A stretch of 62,978 nt of DNA, counting the filler, from Rhabdomonas costata (Eukaryota), in NCBI GenBank assembly GCA_019059605.1. It is 45 parts of 45 records of this genome, joined end to end, with 100 filler letters (N's around TTAATTAATTAA, not from the genome) between each part and the next. Parts side by side here need not be neighbours in the genome. Positions count along the whole stretch, not along the records: positions 50,471 to 51,771 come from JAHMHO010020084.1; positions 51,872 to 53,172 come from JAHMHO010020085.1; positions 53,273 to 54,573 come from JAHMHO010020086.1; positions 54,674 to 55,974 come from JAHMHO010020087.1; positions 56,075 to 57,375 come from JAHMHO010020088.1; positions 57,476 to 58,777 come from JAHMHO010020089.1; positions 58,878 to 60,178 come from JAHMHO010020090.1; positions 60,279 to 61,579 come from JAHMHO010020091.1; 37 more parts are not named here. One strand, 5' to 3'. Position 1 is the first letter of the stretch. Every line of letters starts with the position of its first letter. Position numbers and translations under genes: made by a program. Positions 50,513-62,572 of the stretch are shown one piece after another. The notes beneath the pieces were generated by a model, which was given only the letters and a program-made list of their open reading frames with translations, made no database searches and was not told the DNA's origin.

Positions 50513-51625
50513 GCTACTACTGAACGTGCTGCCAGAGTCCATTGTGGCACAGCTGCAAAGTCAGATGCAGGATCTTCCCACAAGCGGCGACCCCGCAGCG
50601 CTGCACACGGTGCTGTGCAAGGCCCATCCCTTTGTCACGGTGGGGTTCGCCGACCTAGTAGGGTTTACGGCGATGTGCCTCAGCGCCACCGCCGAGCAGC
50701 TGATTGGGGTGCTAAACAGCTGCTTCTCTCTGTTCGACGTGCTGTGCGCGCACCACCGAGTGGAGAAGATTAAGACCATCGGAGACGCGTATGTGTACTT
50801 ATTTCAGTTTTGTAATTTGCGTCCACTTATTTTTATCCACATTACACCGATGGAACTTCTTGGCTTATGAAGAGGGCTAAAAATGAATTCCAGAGGAAAC
50901 ACCGTTGTGTCATGGTCCAAGGTGTGGATGTTCGAGGAGAGGTGTGCGGTAGTCTCTTGAGAACTGGTCTATACGTACAACAAGGCTCTACTTGTGTTTT
51001 TTGTCACTTCATTTGATCAAAATGGAATCCTTTCTTGTTCCGATTGCCCAGGTACAAGTTCGCCGCGTTCCCCTTGGAGGAATCCGCAGAGGAGGTGGAG
51101 GCCCGTCAGGCCGCCGCTCAGGCCGCCACAGCAGTTGCACTGAAGATGCTTGGGGTGGTGCAACGATTTTGTGTCGTCGACACCGCCCTGTCACTGCGTG
51201 TAGGGATGCACTGTGGGTCCGTGGTGGCAGGCGTGATCGGTTGCACGAAGTTCTGCTACGATTTGTGGGGTACGACAAATGACTATGTTTCTTGTTTTTG
51301 GATTATGTTAGGGATTGGTGTGCATGTAATCTCCTGTGTTGCCTTTTCTGACTGCTTAGCTCCTGTTGGCGCTAGGCGATGCAATTGCAACGCGTATTAA
51401 GTGAGTGGCGAGGGTTGAACCCAATTACCCCGGGGTTGGTCCTCTATTATATCGATAATCTGGGTTTCGCGTTTGTATGTGGGTGTCCATAAAGGTCCCA
51501 CCGTGAATCTAGCCAGCCGGGTCGAGTCGGGGGGGCTCCCCGGCGAGCTTCAGGTTTCCCAACAGGTGAAGGAGCTTATCTCCGAACGGTACCCATGTAC
51601 CTCCCGTGGAAAGCTCCAGTTCAAG
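50513..51625 (+). CDS. Class III adenylate cyclase catalytic domain (3 exons)
   Basis: Exons 50513-50788, 51052-51269 and 51495-51625: LLLNVLP, FADLVGFT, VEKIKTIGDA|Y, RVGMHCG, YDLWG|PTVNLASRVES. The K/D specificity residues indicate ATP. Confidence 0.96.
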
Positions 51626-52196
51626 GTGTATCGCTGTGTCTGTATGTGTGTGTGCCCCTCTAAGGCCATTCCGCATGGCTTCTTCTTCTTCTTCTTCTTC
51701 TTCTTTTGGTTCGTCTTGACAAAAAAATTGTTTCCGGAATATGGAGGAAACAATTTTTTTGCCAAAACAAANNNNNNNNNNNNNNNNNNNNNNNNNNNNN
51801 NNNNNNNNNNNNNNNTTAATTAATTAANNNNNNNNNNNNNNNNNNNNNNNNNNNNNNNNNNNNNNNNNNNNGGTTTGGTGGGCTTCGCTCTGTTTCTGCC
51901 CCTGTCGATGCGGTCCGTCGCGCGTCATTTTCCTTTTGACGGTATTTGTGTGGTTGGTTCTATCACATTGTAAGCTCTGTTGTAGTAGCAGGCTGCCCGC
52001 TCTACTACAACAAAGCCCGCAAAGTGCCTTGTGCGCCTCTACAGAATCAACAGTGCAGGAGTTGAGCAGTGAGGAGAGTCAGCAGGATGGATGGGACCTT
52101 CGGTGCGAGAACGCGCATTGGGCTCGAATCACAATTGCCGCAAAGCGGAGGAGGGAAAGGGAGGGAATGGAAGGGAATGTGAAGGGGATGCGGTGC

Positions 52197-52971
52197 CTTA
52201 AGGTAGGCGATGTCCGTGGCAAGCTGGTCGCACCCCACCTTGGACAACCCGGGGATCTGCTCCACTGCTATCACAAAGGCCTCCACCGTGCCCTGCGCCA
52301 CAAGCTCCACCCAGTGCCGCGCCTGCTCCGCCGCTGCCCCGCCGGCCCCGTCCTCGTCGTCGCCGTTGGGAGACCCCGAGCTGGGCGATGGAGCGCTGCA
52401 ATATAAAAAGCAACATACCAACAACTCCATGGAAGCAGCAGAAGAATTCGACTCAGATCACCTAAAAGCTTCTTTCTTCTCTCCTTTCAAGTGAAAAAGT
52501 GAATGCGTTCCTGTCCGTGATCCTGGGGATTCCTGATTGCCTTTAAAATGAGAGAGAGGACACGGTGTGCCTGCCACAAATCACACAGATAGGACTGGAT
52601 CACCTGCTGCCCATGGAGGGCAGAGCGGAGGCCTGGGCCTGGATCAACATGGGCAGGTCAAACATGTAGTCGCCGATGTTGCGGATGTAATCTAGAGGGT
52701 GCTCAATCACCACATCATAGTCCGACTCCTGCCCCCACAGCTGTGTTCGGCAGTTCGGCACCATGAACGCGCACAATCAATAAATTAAATGGCAACTATC
52801 TTCCTAACACGGAAGTTTTCTTCAAATACACAGGTTCCTTAAAACTCGATTTCCAAGCGAGAGCTTGCACGGAAGGCAGAGCACCTCCAGGCCAGGGAAG
52901 CCAGCCAGCCAGCAGCGGATACTTTGAAACAACGCCGTGAAGACCAACGTTTCAACGTCCCGAGAAACTAC
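52197..52971 (-). CDS. COG7: Conserved oligomeric Golgi complex subunit 7, C-terminal part
   Basis: Exons 52971-52885, 52740-52604 and 52395-~52197: PLDYIRNIGDYMFDLP and W...VAQGT..I..LS..G..QLATDIAYL. Confidence 0.8.
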
Positions 52972-53890
52972 CTGTGCGGAACCGAGCAAAAATGGAGACG
53001 AAGATGACGCTGGAAGGGGAAAGAGAACTTCGGGAACGAGTTTTCGCAGGCCCAATGACACCAAACCTGCCTCCCCAACCTCCCTTCAAACATAAACTGG
53101 ATTTTCCAGCTGCCTGTCATCTTGGAACAGGGAGGGGGCGAAGGTGATAGCAGTGGCTGCACCCCCCAAAAANNNNNNNNNNNNNNNNNNNNNNNNNNNN
53201 NNNNNNNNNNNNNNNNTTAATTAATTAANNNNNNNNNNNNNNNNNNNNNNNNNNNNNNNNNNNNNNNNNNNNTTTGTGTTGTTCTCACTGTTACGATAAG
53301 GTACGGGAATTTCCCTTGACAACAACTTTGCGCCGGGGCGTTGTACTCCACCCTTAAACTAATGCTGTCCCAGTCGTTCGACATAGTCCGAAACCATTTG
53401 AAGGTGACATGCCTGATGATATGACCAGGATGCCCCTATGTTATGCTGACAATTTGGAGATACCTTCCTAAACGTCCCCTCTCTCCCCAAAGCAAAGTTG
53501 TTGTCAAGGGAAATTCCCGTACCTTATCGTAACAGTGAGAACAAAAGAAACAATTGAAGCACTGTAATGGGTGGGGCACATGCTCAGAATCAACGGAATA
53601 AAAGATGGGCTCAATAACGTGTCTTAAACGTGCTAACCGATTGAGAAACCGATTCTGGTGCTTTCATGCTGCGTTGAGGCTTAGACTCAGCAGTCCCAGG
53701 CTCTCTAAACGCAGAACGCAAGGCTTTTTGAGGCTTGCCACATCGATTCAACTACTTCAGAACATTTCCTGTCCAAAAAGAGATTTGAAGGGTGGGCAAG
53801 GCAGCTTAACGAGCCGGAGATCAGTCGCGACTGGAACAGCGACAACAGACAATCCATGTACAGCACATGCAATGGAGGTCACAACCTGCA

Positions 53891-54570
53891 TCAACCACTC
53901 TGCTCCAGTTGATCGAACTCTCCACTTGCTCCGGGGCGCGTCAGGGAAACCTCCTTTGCGGCGGAAAGCAGCCGCACAATGGCCATAGCCGTGGCCTCAC
54001 ACAGAGCCACCACATTCACCGTTGGGGTGAAGGGGTCTGTCACCGCTCCCGAGATGGTCCAGTAGTTCCCCCCGCATTCCTGCACGATCAGCTGAGGAGC
54101 GACAATGTCCCAGGGCGCCTGCTTCACTCTCGCTGGGTTGTTGTCGTGTACCACCGCACTGAGCCCGCAGCTGCCATCCACCAGTCGCATGGCAATCCCG
54201 GAATGAGGAACCTGTACCCCCGTCAGACAGGGTGATGAGAGAAAAGACAAGATGGTATATCATTCTGATTTTCGGGAACCAAATCGCAAACCTTCCCAAA
54301 ACACTTCCTAAAAAGCAAGCCCTTCACAGAACAGGACAACCTGGCAGGAGACTAAGTGGCATCCCTCTGGCGACTGCAGCCTGGCCTTCAGCGCACGGAA
54401 CTCCGCAGAGGCCCACTGACTATTTCCGTACTCGTTCATGTCCACCCACATCTCCTTGAGACAGGGGGCCTTTTCCGGCGGGGAAGCTCTCCCGAGTAGA
54501 ACCCCATTTCTGAACGCCCCCTTCCCTTGCGCCGCATAAAACCACTCGCCAGTCAACGGAAACACCACCA
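53891..54570 (-). CDS. Inositol monophosphatase (FIG) family protein, 3' part
   Basis: Exons >54570-54341 and 54211-53891: FPLTGEWFYAAQGKGAFRNG and PWDIVAPQLIVQECGG. Confidence 0.88.
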
Positions 54571-56985
54571 CACNNNNNNNNNNNNNNNNNNNNNNNNNNN
54601 NNNNNNNNNNNNNNNNNTTAATTAATTAANNNNNNNNNNNNNNNNNNNNNNNNNNNNNNNNNNNNNNNNNNNNGTGGTGTGTGTTGGGTGTCTTGAGCGC
54701 GTGATGCGCTGAGTTGGTGTGGAAGTGTCGACAGGAAAAGTGTGTCAAAAGACGACGACCACAAAAGTTGGAGGAGTTGCGGGTGGAATGGGAGGGCAAA
54801 CCAAGTTCCCAACCTTCCATGCTTGCTGTTTTACCGAAGTAATGGAAGGCAAACCAAGCTTCAACCTTTACACTTTGCTGCGCCACCAGAAACGCACACG
54901 CGCAGAGGATCTAACAGGGACGACGAGGCAAAACCGAGTGACTGTTCATTGAGGCATCTTTAATCGGTCACACGGTTGGCATACGAAGGGCCTTTTAGGC
55001 GCCGGGGCCAACGGACGTGGCTTACACAGCGCACACGCCACAGCTACAAAACCAAGAACTGTTTATGGGACAGAAGGGACGGAAATCGTAGGGATGCCAT
55101 GCAAAGCGAAGACGAGAAGCGCCGAGACACTGAACACGTAAGGGAAGGCGATCCAGAAGAAAAAGTATGAGACAAGGCAAAATGGCGGAGTTCTAGAGGC
55201 TTACAAGCACTGCAGGCAAGAGAACGAAGCTGCAGGTCGGCTCGGAAAGCAACAAAGCAAAGCACAGAAACAATCTGAGAAAGGGCGTGGGGAGGCGAGG
55301 AGCGAGCTCAAGTGAGCAGCAGAAGCCATCTATATATAGGTACCAGCTGGAAGATTTCTGAAGGAGACAGCGCTCATCAACATACACGCCCAGGAGTGGA
55401 TGGAGTGGACTGGTCTCAGCGGTAGGAAGCAGCGGTTAGGAAGGCGCCCTCAGATCAAAAGGTTTTCACCGGTGCGGATCTTGGAGATCTTTGAGCAAAG
55501 AGCCTGTTTGCACACAAAAATCCGATAAGACCAAACAAACCTTCACAATTCACAACAAAAGAAGGAAAGCAAGCAAGGCCCGCCGTCGAAGCAACCATTA
55601 TCTGTCAATTGGCAGGCAGGACAATTCCTTTGCTGCGCTTGATGCCACATACCTGAATGGTAAAAAACGCACTATGGAACAATACACCCTGAGAGCCAAA
55701 GAGAAAGCACATTGCAACGGGAAGGCGGGTCCGCAATCTTAGATTTACCCCCACTGCCGAGCCCCAACAAGCCAAGAACCCCTCGGGTGTAGGATAGGGA
55801 ATCCCAACTACTCCAAAGCTCACCGGCCGAGACGCAGGAGGAATGGCGCCAGGGCTGCGGCTTGGCTTGCCTGCAGGGCTGGAGGACCTCGTGGCCCACG
55901 TCGAGGGGTAGAAGACCACCTCAGGGGTGTGGGGAAGGCGGCCCCGAGAGGGCCCGCCTTCCCCACACCCCCACNNNNNNNNNNNNNNNNNNNNNNNNNN
56001 NNNNNNNNNNNNNNNNNNTTAATTAATTAANNNNNNNNNNNNNNNNNNNNNNNNNNNNNNNNNNNNNNNNNNNNGGGGGGTTGGTCCCACTCCCCACAAC
56101 CTCCGCTTCTGTCCACCATGCCACGTTGGGAGTAGAGAGTGAGAGTGGGAGTGGTGGCAGATGCGTATGCTGAATGCTTACGTTGATGCTGCTACACCCA
56201 TGCTCACCCTTCTACAGCCATCCGAGGGGCTAACCAGATGCGTAGAAGCAGAAGGGAAGCGTAAGAGTGAGTGGTGGAGGGAGGAACGTAACCATCGTAA
56301 GGTGGTGAAGTGACGACCGACAAGATGCAGAGGGTATCACCGATAAGGATACACTCTGTAAAGCAAGCAAGAAAGGAAGTCGTGGGAAGCGACGGAGCCT
56401 ACCGTGAGCTCAACCAGCAGGACGGACATTACGCTTCTGAAGTCGGGAATGGCGCCCTGCTCAAGGCTCCTCCGGATCAGCCGGATCTCATGGAAGCTTC
56501 CAGAGGCGTTCGCTGCGATCGTTGAGCTGGAGAGAAATCGAGAGGGACCAACCACACAGAAAGGAGCCGCGTGAGGCAGCCAGCAAACCCGCATACCAAA
56601 AAACCTTGGAGCAACGGGGGTCTGTACGAAACTTGATTCCTCCGCTCTGTGAAGTCGAATACGCACTTTGAGCTCACTTTGGAGCCAAGGGGGAGAGTGA
56701 ACTGGGGGCTTCTCCCGTCCTCAGTTCTTCGGATCTCTGAGGGCTTCATTGGGTGCATGTTCCTTGGTTCGTTGGGATCATTGGGATCACTGCTGCTGGG
56801 GTTTCTTTGCCAACATTGGGATCTGAATCTGAATTGGTGGCTCAGGCTTGTCCCTGAATTCCCTCTTCAAAGCAGATAGGCGATGCACCTTAATTTGCTC
56901 GGGCCCTGGGGAGTAGGACCACAATCACCAGAATGATTCGGGGTAGAGTCGGCCACAAACAGCACGGCACGATGGCGAGGCACAC

Positions 56986-57154
56986 CGCGCGCCGTCCAGG
57001 GCGTTGCTCATCAGAGCGCTGGCCAGCTTGTCCGCGCTGGAGTACCCCGACACGAACACCAGGGCCCCCACCACGGCGGGCACCACCACGCACCCGGGGT
57101 GGGTTACCGAGGCCCGGTGCAGATCATCCAGCTCAAGGGTGTGGGCCAGGGCCC
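56986..57154 (-). CDS. MmgE/PrpD family protein exon (absent from the supplied ORF track)
   Basis: Manual translation gives GALAHTLELDDLHRASVTHPGCVVVPAV, the DD.H...HP family signature; exon is AG/GT bounded. Confidence 0.9.
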
Positions 57155-57974
57155 CTGCCCCGACACCAAGACAACAAAACCCACCCTACGCCAGCCTAAG
57201 CTACTGCAAAAACGGGGAAAGAATTGAGATGGGGGGGATGGGGGCTGCTCGGGTATCTTTTGCTGGCAGAACCGCAGCTGTTGCGGACTGCGTTATTCGA
57301 TGAATTTTGAAATGCGGTGAAGAACACAGACAAATTCTGAATGGGTCTAAGGAAGGACACATTCACACCAATAATNNNNNNNNNNNNNNNNNNNNNNNNN
57401 NNNNNNNNNNNNNNNNNNNTTAATTAATTAANNNNNNNNNNNNNNNNNNNNNNNNNNNNNNNNNNNNNNNNNNNNGTTGTGTGGTGTTTCAAGAGGGTAT
57501 GTGGCTTGTTTTAAGAACGTGCTGCGTGATGTGGTGTCTTTCCAGAGCGTGGGATGTCTGCGTATTGAAAAGTGAGTGGAAGAAGTTCTAGTGCAGAGAT
57601 GTTCCCGAGCTTTCCAGAGCAAGACCGTCATGAGCAATCGGTCTTCGCCAGTCTGTTGGGACGTTCTCCGTCCTAGCAGGGGAGCGTGTAAACGGTCCAG
57701 GTTACCAAGGTGTTCCTCATTCCAGAGGTAGACAGCCAGAACATCAAGGTGTTTCCAGATACTAGTTTCCAGAGGTTTCACAGAGATTCCAGGGGGCCAA
57801 CGACGTGAGCGGAGACTGGAGTCAAAGCTCAGCCTCTCGTTAGCCAGCTCCTGGCCAAACGTTAGGCCAGGCTACCTATCCACCGCTGGGAGAGAGAGCA
57901 GAGCAGAGTAGGGCCAGGTGAGAGACGGATGGCCGATAGAGTTACAGTGGGGGAAGACCCAGGGTGAGACAGAG

Positions 57975-58755
57975 AGCAAGGCCACGGGATGGAGGCCGCA
58001 TGGAAGGGGAATGCGTGCACACGACCCGACTGCAGCGATCCAGCTGGTATGTTTTCGGAGTTTTTCAGAGGAAGAAGGATGCATCCACAGCGTTTCCCAG
58101 AGTTTTTACAGGTGAAAGATACGAGGAGGCCTAGATTTCAGAGGATTTTCACAGACAAGGCCTCAGCGGATGCAGGCGGAGAAGACGGACAGTGTGGTGT
58201 GTTACACAGCTGCAGTTTGAAAGGTCATGGTCACTTCTTTTGTATAGGATTTCAAATTTTACGTTAGGTGTAGAAGAGATCCAAAAAGTCGTCATGTCGT
58301 TTGTTTTCCAGAGTGTTTTTCTCGTTGTTTTCGCCTTTTGTTGTTACAGATGTGCCCTAAAAGAACCACAGCAGAGCCGCAGGCCAGAGCAGAGCGGAGA
58401 CCAGGAGGGCCCTGCAGAGGGTACAGAGGGCGGTGGGTTTGCAGAGCGTGAGGGATGGGAACGCTGCAGCGTTACACAGGACAGTGTGTGTGTAGTCGTG
58501 TACCCCTTACAAATCCTTCGCTTTGGTTGGGAGATAGTGGAAAGGCATAAGCGGCGAGACCCGCCCAGCGGAACCCTTCACAGCCCAGAAGGTGTAAGCC
58601 CTAAGGCCCGAAAATTTGACCCCACCTGTGTCCAGAACATCCCCCAGAGCCACACGTGCATCTCACCACCACCCCTTCATTTGCAGAAGCCGTGCCCCCA
58701 AAGGTTTCCAGATTCCAAACCGGCTTGGTGAAGGCAAGTTGGCCGGCGCCACCCC
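57975..58755 (-). repeat. Dispersed repeat family, copy B
   Basis: Reverse complement of 46845-47567; ORF-track peptides RISN(V/F)TLGVEEIQ..FVFQSVFLV..ALKEPQQSRRPE appear in both. Confidence 0.9.
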
Positions 58756-59027
58756 CCCAACCAAACACACCCACCACNNNNNNNNNNNNNNNNNNNNNNN
58801 NNNNNNNNNNNNNNNNNNNNNTTAATTAATTAANNNNNNNNNNNNNNNNNNNNNNNNNNNNNNNNNNNNNNNNNNNNAGGCCTGCTTCGGCTCAGCCTCT
58901 CACACTTTTTTCTCTTCGAGACTCCCCCTTATTATCTGCGATAAGTAATGCCCTACGTGCAGAAGAGTCATTGCTCTCTTTGGTCTTTTTGTTTCTTTCC
59001 AGGGATCTTTGAAATTTATCGACTGAA

Positions 59028-60178
59028 ATGGATTCTTCGTCCCTTCCGGAATCCAGGTCGGGTGATATGATGGAAGACTCTCCGAAGGTTCAAGCCTTCT
59101 ATCTAATTCAGCGCCTGCGCCAAGTCAGCTCTTCCAACATCACCGCCCAGAACACGAGCATCCGCCTGCAGGAGGCTCTCGGCGAAAGCCTCGCAGAAGT
59201 CCAGCGCTTGGAGCAGCAAAACCAGGAACTTAGGGAGACCCTGAAGCTGAAGCTGAGGGCTTTGGTCGAGGTGTCTGACCACGCGGAAATCGAGCGCGAA
59301 ACGAACCTCCGCTGTTTTCAGCAGCGCCTGGAGGAGCTGAAGGCCCAGCATCAACACGACTTGCGAGAATTAAGGAAAGAACTCAATGAGTTGCAGGAGA
59401 GCAGAAGCTTTGTCTGTAGCCTTCATGGGATCCGCGAAGCGGTTTTGGGATCGAACTCCATGGTGCATTTTTCGGAGCTCCCGCCAACAACACCCCGAAA
59501 CTGTTCTGAGTTGTCCATGGCAGTGAAGGGTTCCTGCGACCCGTGTGAGGCGCTGGAACACCGACTCCAAAATGAGCGGAGGGCCTCCTCAGAGCACACC
59601 TTTCGGCTCACTCAGGAGATTGGCCGCCTGCGCCACGCTCTGGATCGCGAGCGAGCAGCGCGGCAGGAGCTGGAGCAGGCTCCCGGGAAACAGCTCATTG
59701 TTCAGGGCTCCTCTCCAACGTTGTTTGAGGCCCGCTGGATGCTGACGTCGAGACTCTCACCTGAGTCCTGTCATTCAGGCCTTTCTATTGCTTTGGAAGG
59801 GAGAAGCAGTGCCACCATTGCGCAGCTGTACCAGCTGTGTGCGTTGGTGGAGCTGCAGTGGTCTCAGCGATGGTCGATAGCATGCCACCAAGAGTCGGAG
59901 AGGGCTGCCCTCGTTGAGAACCACCGGGAGTTCAAGAAGTGGATGGGGACCCAAAGACTTGTCGCAGCGCAGGCCCAGATCCGGAAGCTGCAAGAGGAGG
60001 TTGGGGTTCTGCTGTCTTCCCGAGGCGCCTGCGAGTCTGTCAAGGAAGAGTGGGCTGCAAGAAATAAGCAGCTGAAAGGACAGCTCTGTTATCTTCGGAG
60101 GGAACTTGAGGTGGCTCACGGTGAGCGCCAGGCTGCGGAAAAGATCTGCCTTGAGGTAAAGTCCCAGGTCCAGAGCAC
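59028..60178 (+). CDS. Long coiled-coil protein, partial
   Basis: Uninterrupted E/Q/L/R-rich ORF of >380 codons, preceded by a pyrimidine tract and AG at ~59002. Confidence 0.8.
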
Positions 60179-60299
60179 NNNNNNNNNNNNNNNNNNNNNN
60201 NNNNNNNNNNNNNNNNNNNNNNTTAATTAATTAANNNNNNNNNNNNNNNNNNNNNNNNNNNNNNNNNNNNNNNNNNNNGGTTTTGGTTCTCCTCCGCAG

Positions 60300-61575
60300 A
60301 GGAGCAGCTGCGGTGGGTGGAGGTGCTGACCAAGGCCTCCGCCTCGGCCGCGGCACTGCCCGTGGGTTGCAGCACAGTGCCTGGGTCCCCAGTGTCGAAG
60401 CCTGTGCTGGACATGGCCTGCTGGATGGCTCAACTGGGCTCCCTGCTGGTCGAGCGCAGGCTTACCCGGATCGCGATGCCTGGCAGCCACGACGCCGCCA
60501 CCCACACGCTGTGCATGGCATCGGCGTACATCCCGTGCCACGAGGGCCCCCATGGGGTGCTGGCCGATGTGTTCAAGAAGGAGGCCATGCTGTGGAGCAA
60601 GGCCCAGGGCGTTTCCATTGGGGAGCAGCTCAGGGCGGGAGCCAGGCATGTCTGGCTGTCGTTTCATGGGTGGCTGGGCGCAATTTGTGGTGGCTTCCGG
60701 CTGAAGTTTGGAACAGCGTGGGGATAGATCAGAAAGCTTGACTCTGACTGATTCCACGAATTATATGTGTGCAGCTTCTTTTGAATTTAAAATGGGATGG
60801 TGACCTTGTCACCTTTTGCTCACACACGTTTGTACGCAGCCTATCACATTCGCATCACACACAATATCTTCAGTTCCTTAACCGGAGTAAAATAGGTTGG
60901 TGTTCTTTCCTCCTCAAGGGCAGGGCTTTCTCTGGCGGAGCCCCATCCTTCGCCGCCAGCCAGGGCCACGGCTCGCGTTGTTTGTTTTTATTTGTTTCCA
61001 AACTCTCTGCCTTCAGGACAGAGACTCCTGGCAAGTGCGGGAGGTTCACAGTGTGGCGTCGGCCGAAGCAGCTCCCTGGCTACCGGCTCAGACCTTGTGA
61101 CAAAACACAAAAGGCCCAGAGGGGAGTCACTACCTCGATGGGCCACTTTTCGCTTTCCGTTTCTCTGTCATGGCCCGAGTTTTCCATTCCATAGCTCGCT
61201 CAGGTATTTCGACCTCAGGGTCATCTTTTGCCAAGAGCGTGAATGCAAGCTGTGGAGTCATCATGGGTTTTACGGCTCACCCTACAGCGAGATCCTTGCA
61301 GACATTCAGAGCTTCCTGTCCACGTACCCGCGCGAGTTCCTTCTGCTGGACATCGGCCACTTCCACTGTGACACCACCTGCACCCGCGAGCGCTGCGACA
61401 TGCCTGCGGCCGGGCACCAGACGCTGCTCACGATGCTGCGCTCCACGCTGGAGCCCTGGCTACTGCCCAAGTCGGCCGTCAGCAGCCCCTCTGCGATGAC
61501 CTTGGCTGAGCTGTGGGCCACCCCCTTCCGAGTTGTTGTGCTGTATGAAGACCTCAACTCGGAAGGGGGTGGCCC
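60300..61575 (+). CDS. PI-PLC X-domain-containing protein (PLCXD-like), 2 exons with GC-AG intron
   Basis: Exons 60300-60645 and 61204->61575: IAMPGSHDA, WSKAQ..IGEQLRAGAR|YFDLRV, HHG, FL..YPREFLLLD. Confidence 0.93.
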
Positions 61576-61682
61576 ACACNNNNNNNNNNNNNNNNNNNNN
61601 NNNNNNNNNNNNNNNNNNNNNNNTTAATTAATTAANNNNNNNNNNNNNNNNNNNNNNNNNNNNNNNNNNNNNNNNNNNNGGT

Positions 61683-62572
61683 GGGGAGAGGCCATCACCC
61701 GGCTGACCAGCTCCGGCAAAGGAGTGGTGGAAAGCTGGGAAGTGTCTACCAGCTCTTTCCGCAAAGCGCATAGCCCTTGCCTGTAAAAATCGATAAGGTG
61801 GAGAGACCAGCCAGTCATTGAATAAACCAAAACCAGGGCCTGGGACTTTTTCTGTTACAGTTTCCCAAAACGCTGCAGGGCCTGTCCTCACAGCTTCCCC
61901 CATGTGCTGATGTCCCTTGACGGCTTTTTTTCCCCCTTCTTTCCTCCACGGAGTTACATATGCACCTCAAGCTCGTAAGCCGCGTTGGTTCGAGGCAGAC
62001 TTTGGGAGTCGACCTGCCACCCTACACTCTGTGCTCAACGGTATCCAAAGTGTCCAACGCAACCATATCACTCGGGAAAGGAGGTACGGCTCACCAACTG
62101 CCTTGCAATTAACGGTATCAACACATGGTTGCTGTATCCCCTCCCCAGGAACCGATCCCCCCCCCCCGCCGAAGCAGCGCTTTCACTGTTATGTGACTCT
62201 GGCTGGTTGTCGGTTGACCGCGTGAGCTGAAGCAAGCAGATCCAAGAGCACTCCACCATTGGGGTGCATTCAACAGGCAACAAAGGGGCGGTGATGTGAA
62301 AATACATCTGACCCGGGCAAGGCTGTTGGAGGGACTGACTGACGGGAGAGCTGTATGGGCAAGAGTTGTGGTCGGGCGCCAAGCCGCCAGGCCAACCCAT
62401 AGTACATGAGACTGAGCAATTGCAAAGGGCAGACCACGGATGCAGCAGGGAGTGCTGTTGGCGGAGCACTGCGCTGACACGTTCCACATTTTCCGGGGTG
62501 TACAACGCCACAGCAAGCTCTGCTATCCGCGCGGGAGCGGGGCGCTTCGGCGATGGGGGCAAGACTGAACTC
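61683..62572 (-). CDS. Two probable exons of an unknown protein
   Basis: ~62572-62438 (RIAELAVALYTPENVERV) and ~61780->61683 (QGLCALRKELVD) are phase-compatible across a GT-AG intron. Confidence 0.4.

Noticed and set aside
56310..56525. Possible + strand exon inside the MmgE/PrpD intron
   Set aside because: No recognisable motif or clear splice boundaries; too weak to call.
1304..61679. Regularly spaced TTAATTAATTAA repeat resembling a CRISPR-like or regulatory array
   Set aside because: Always embedded in N-runs as a 100-nt scaffold linker; artificial. ORFs ending in X..LIN are linker read-through.
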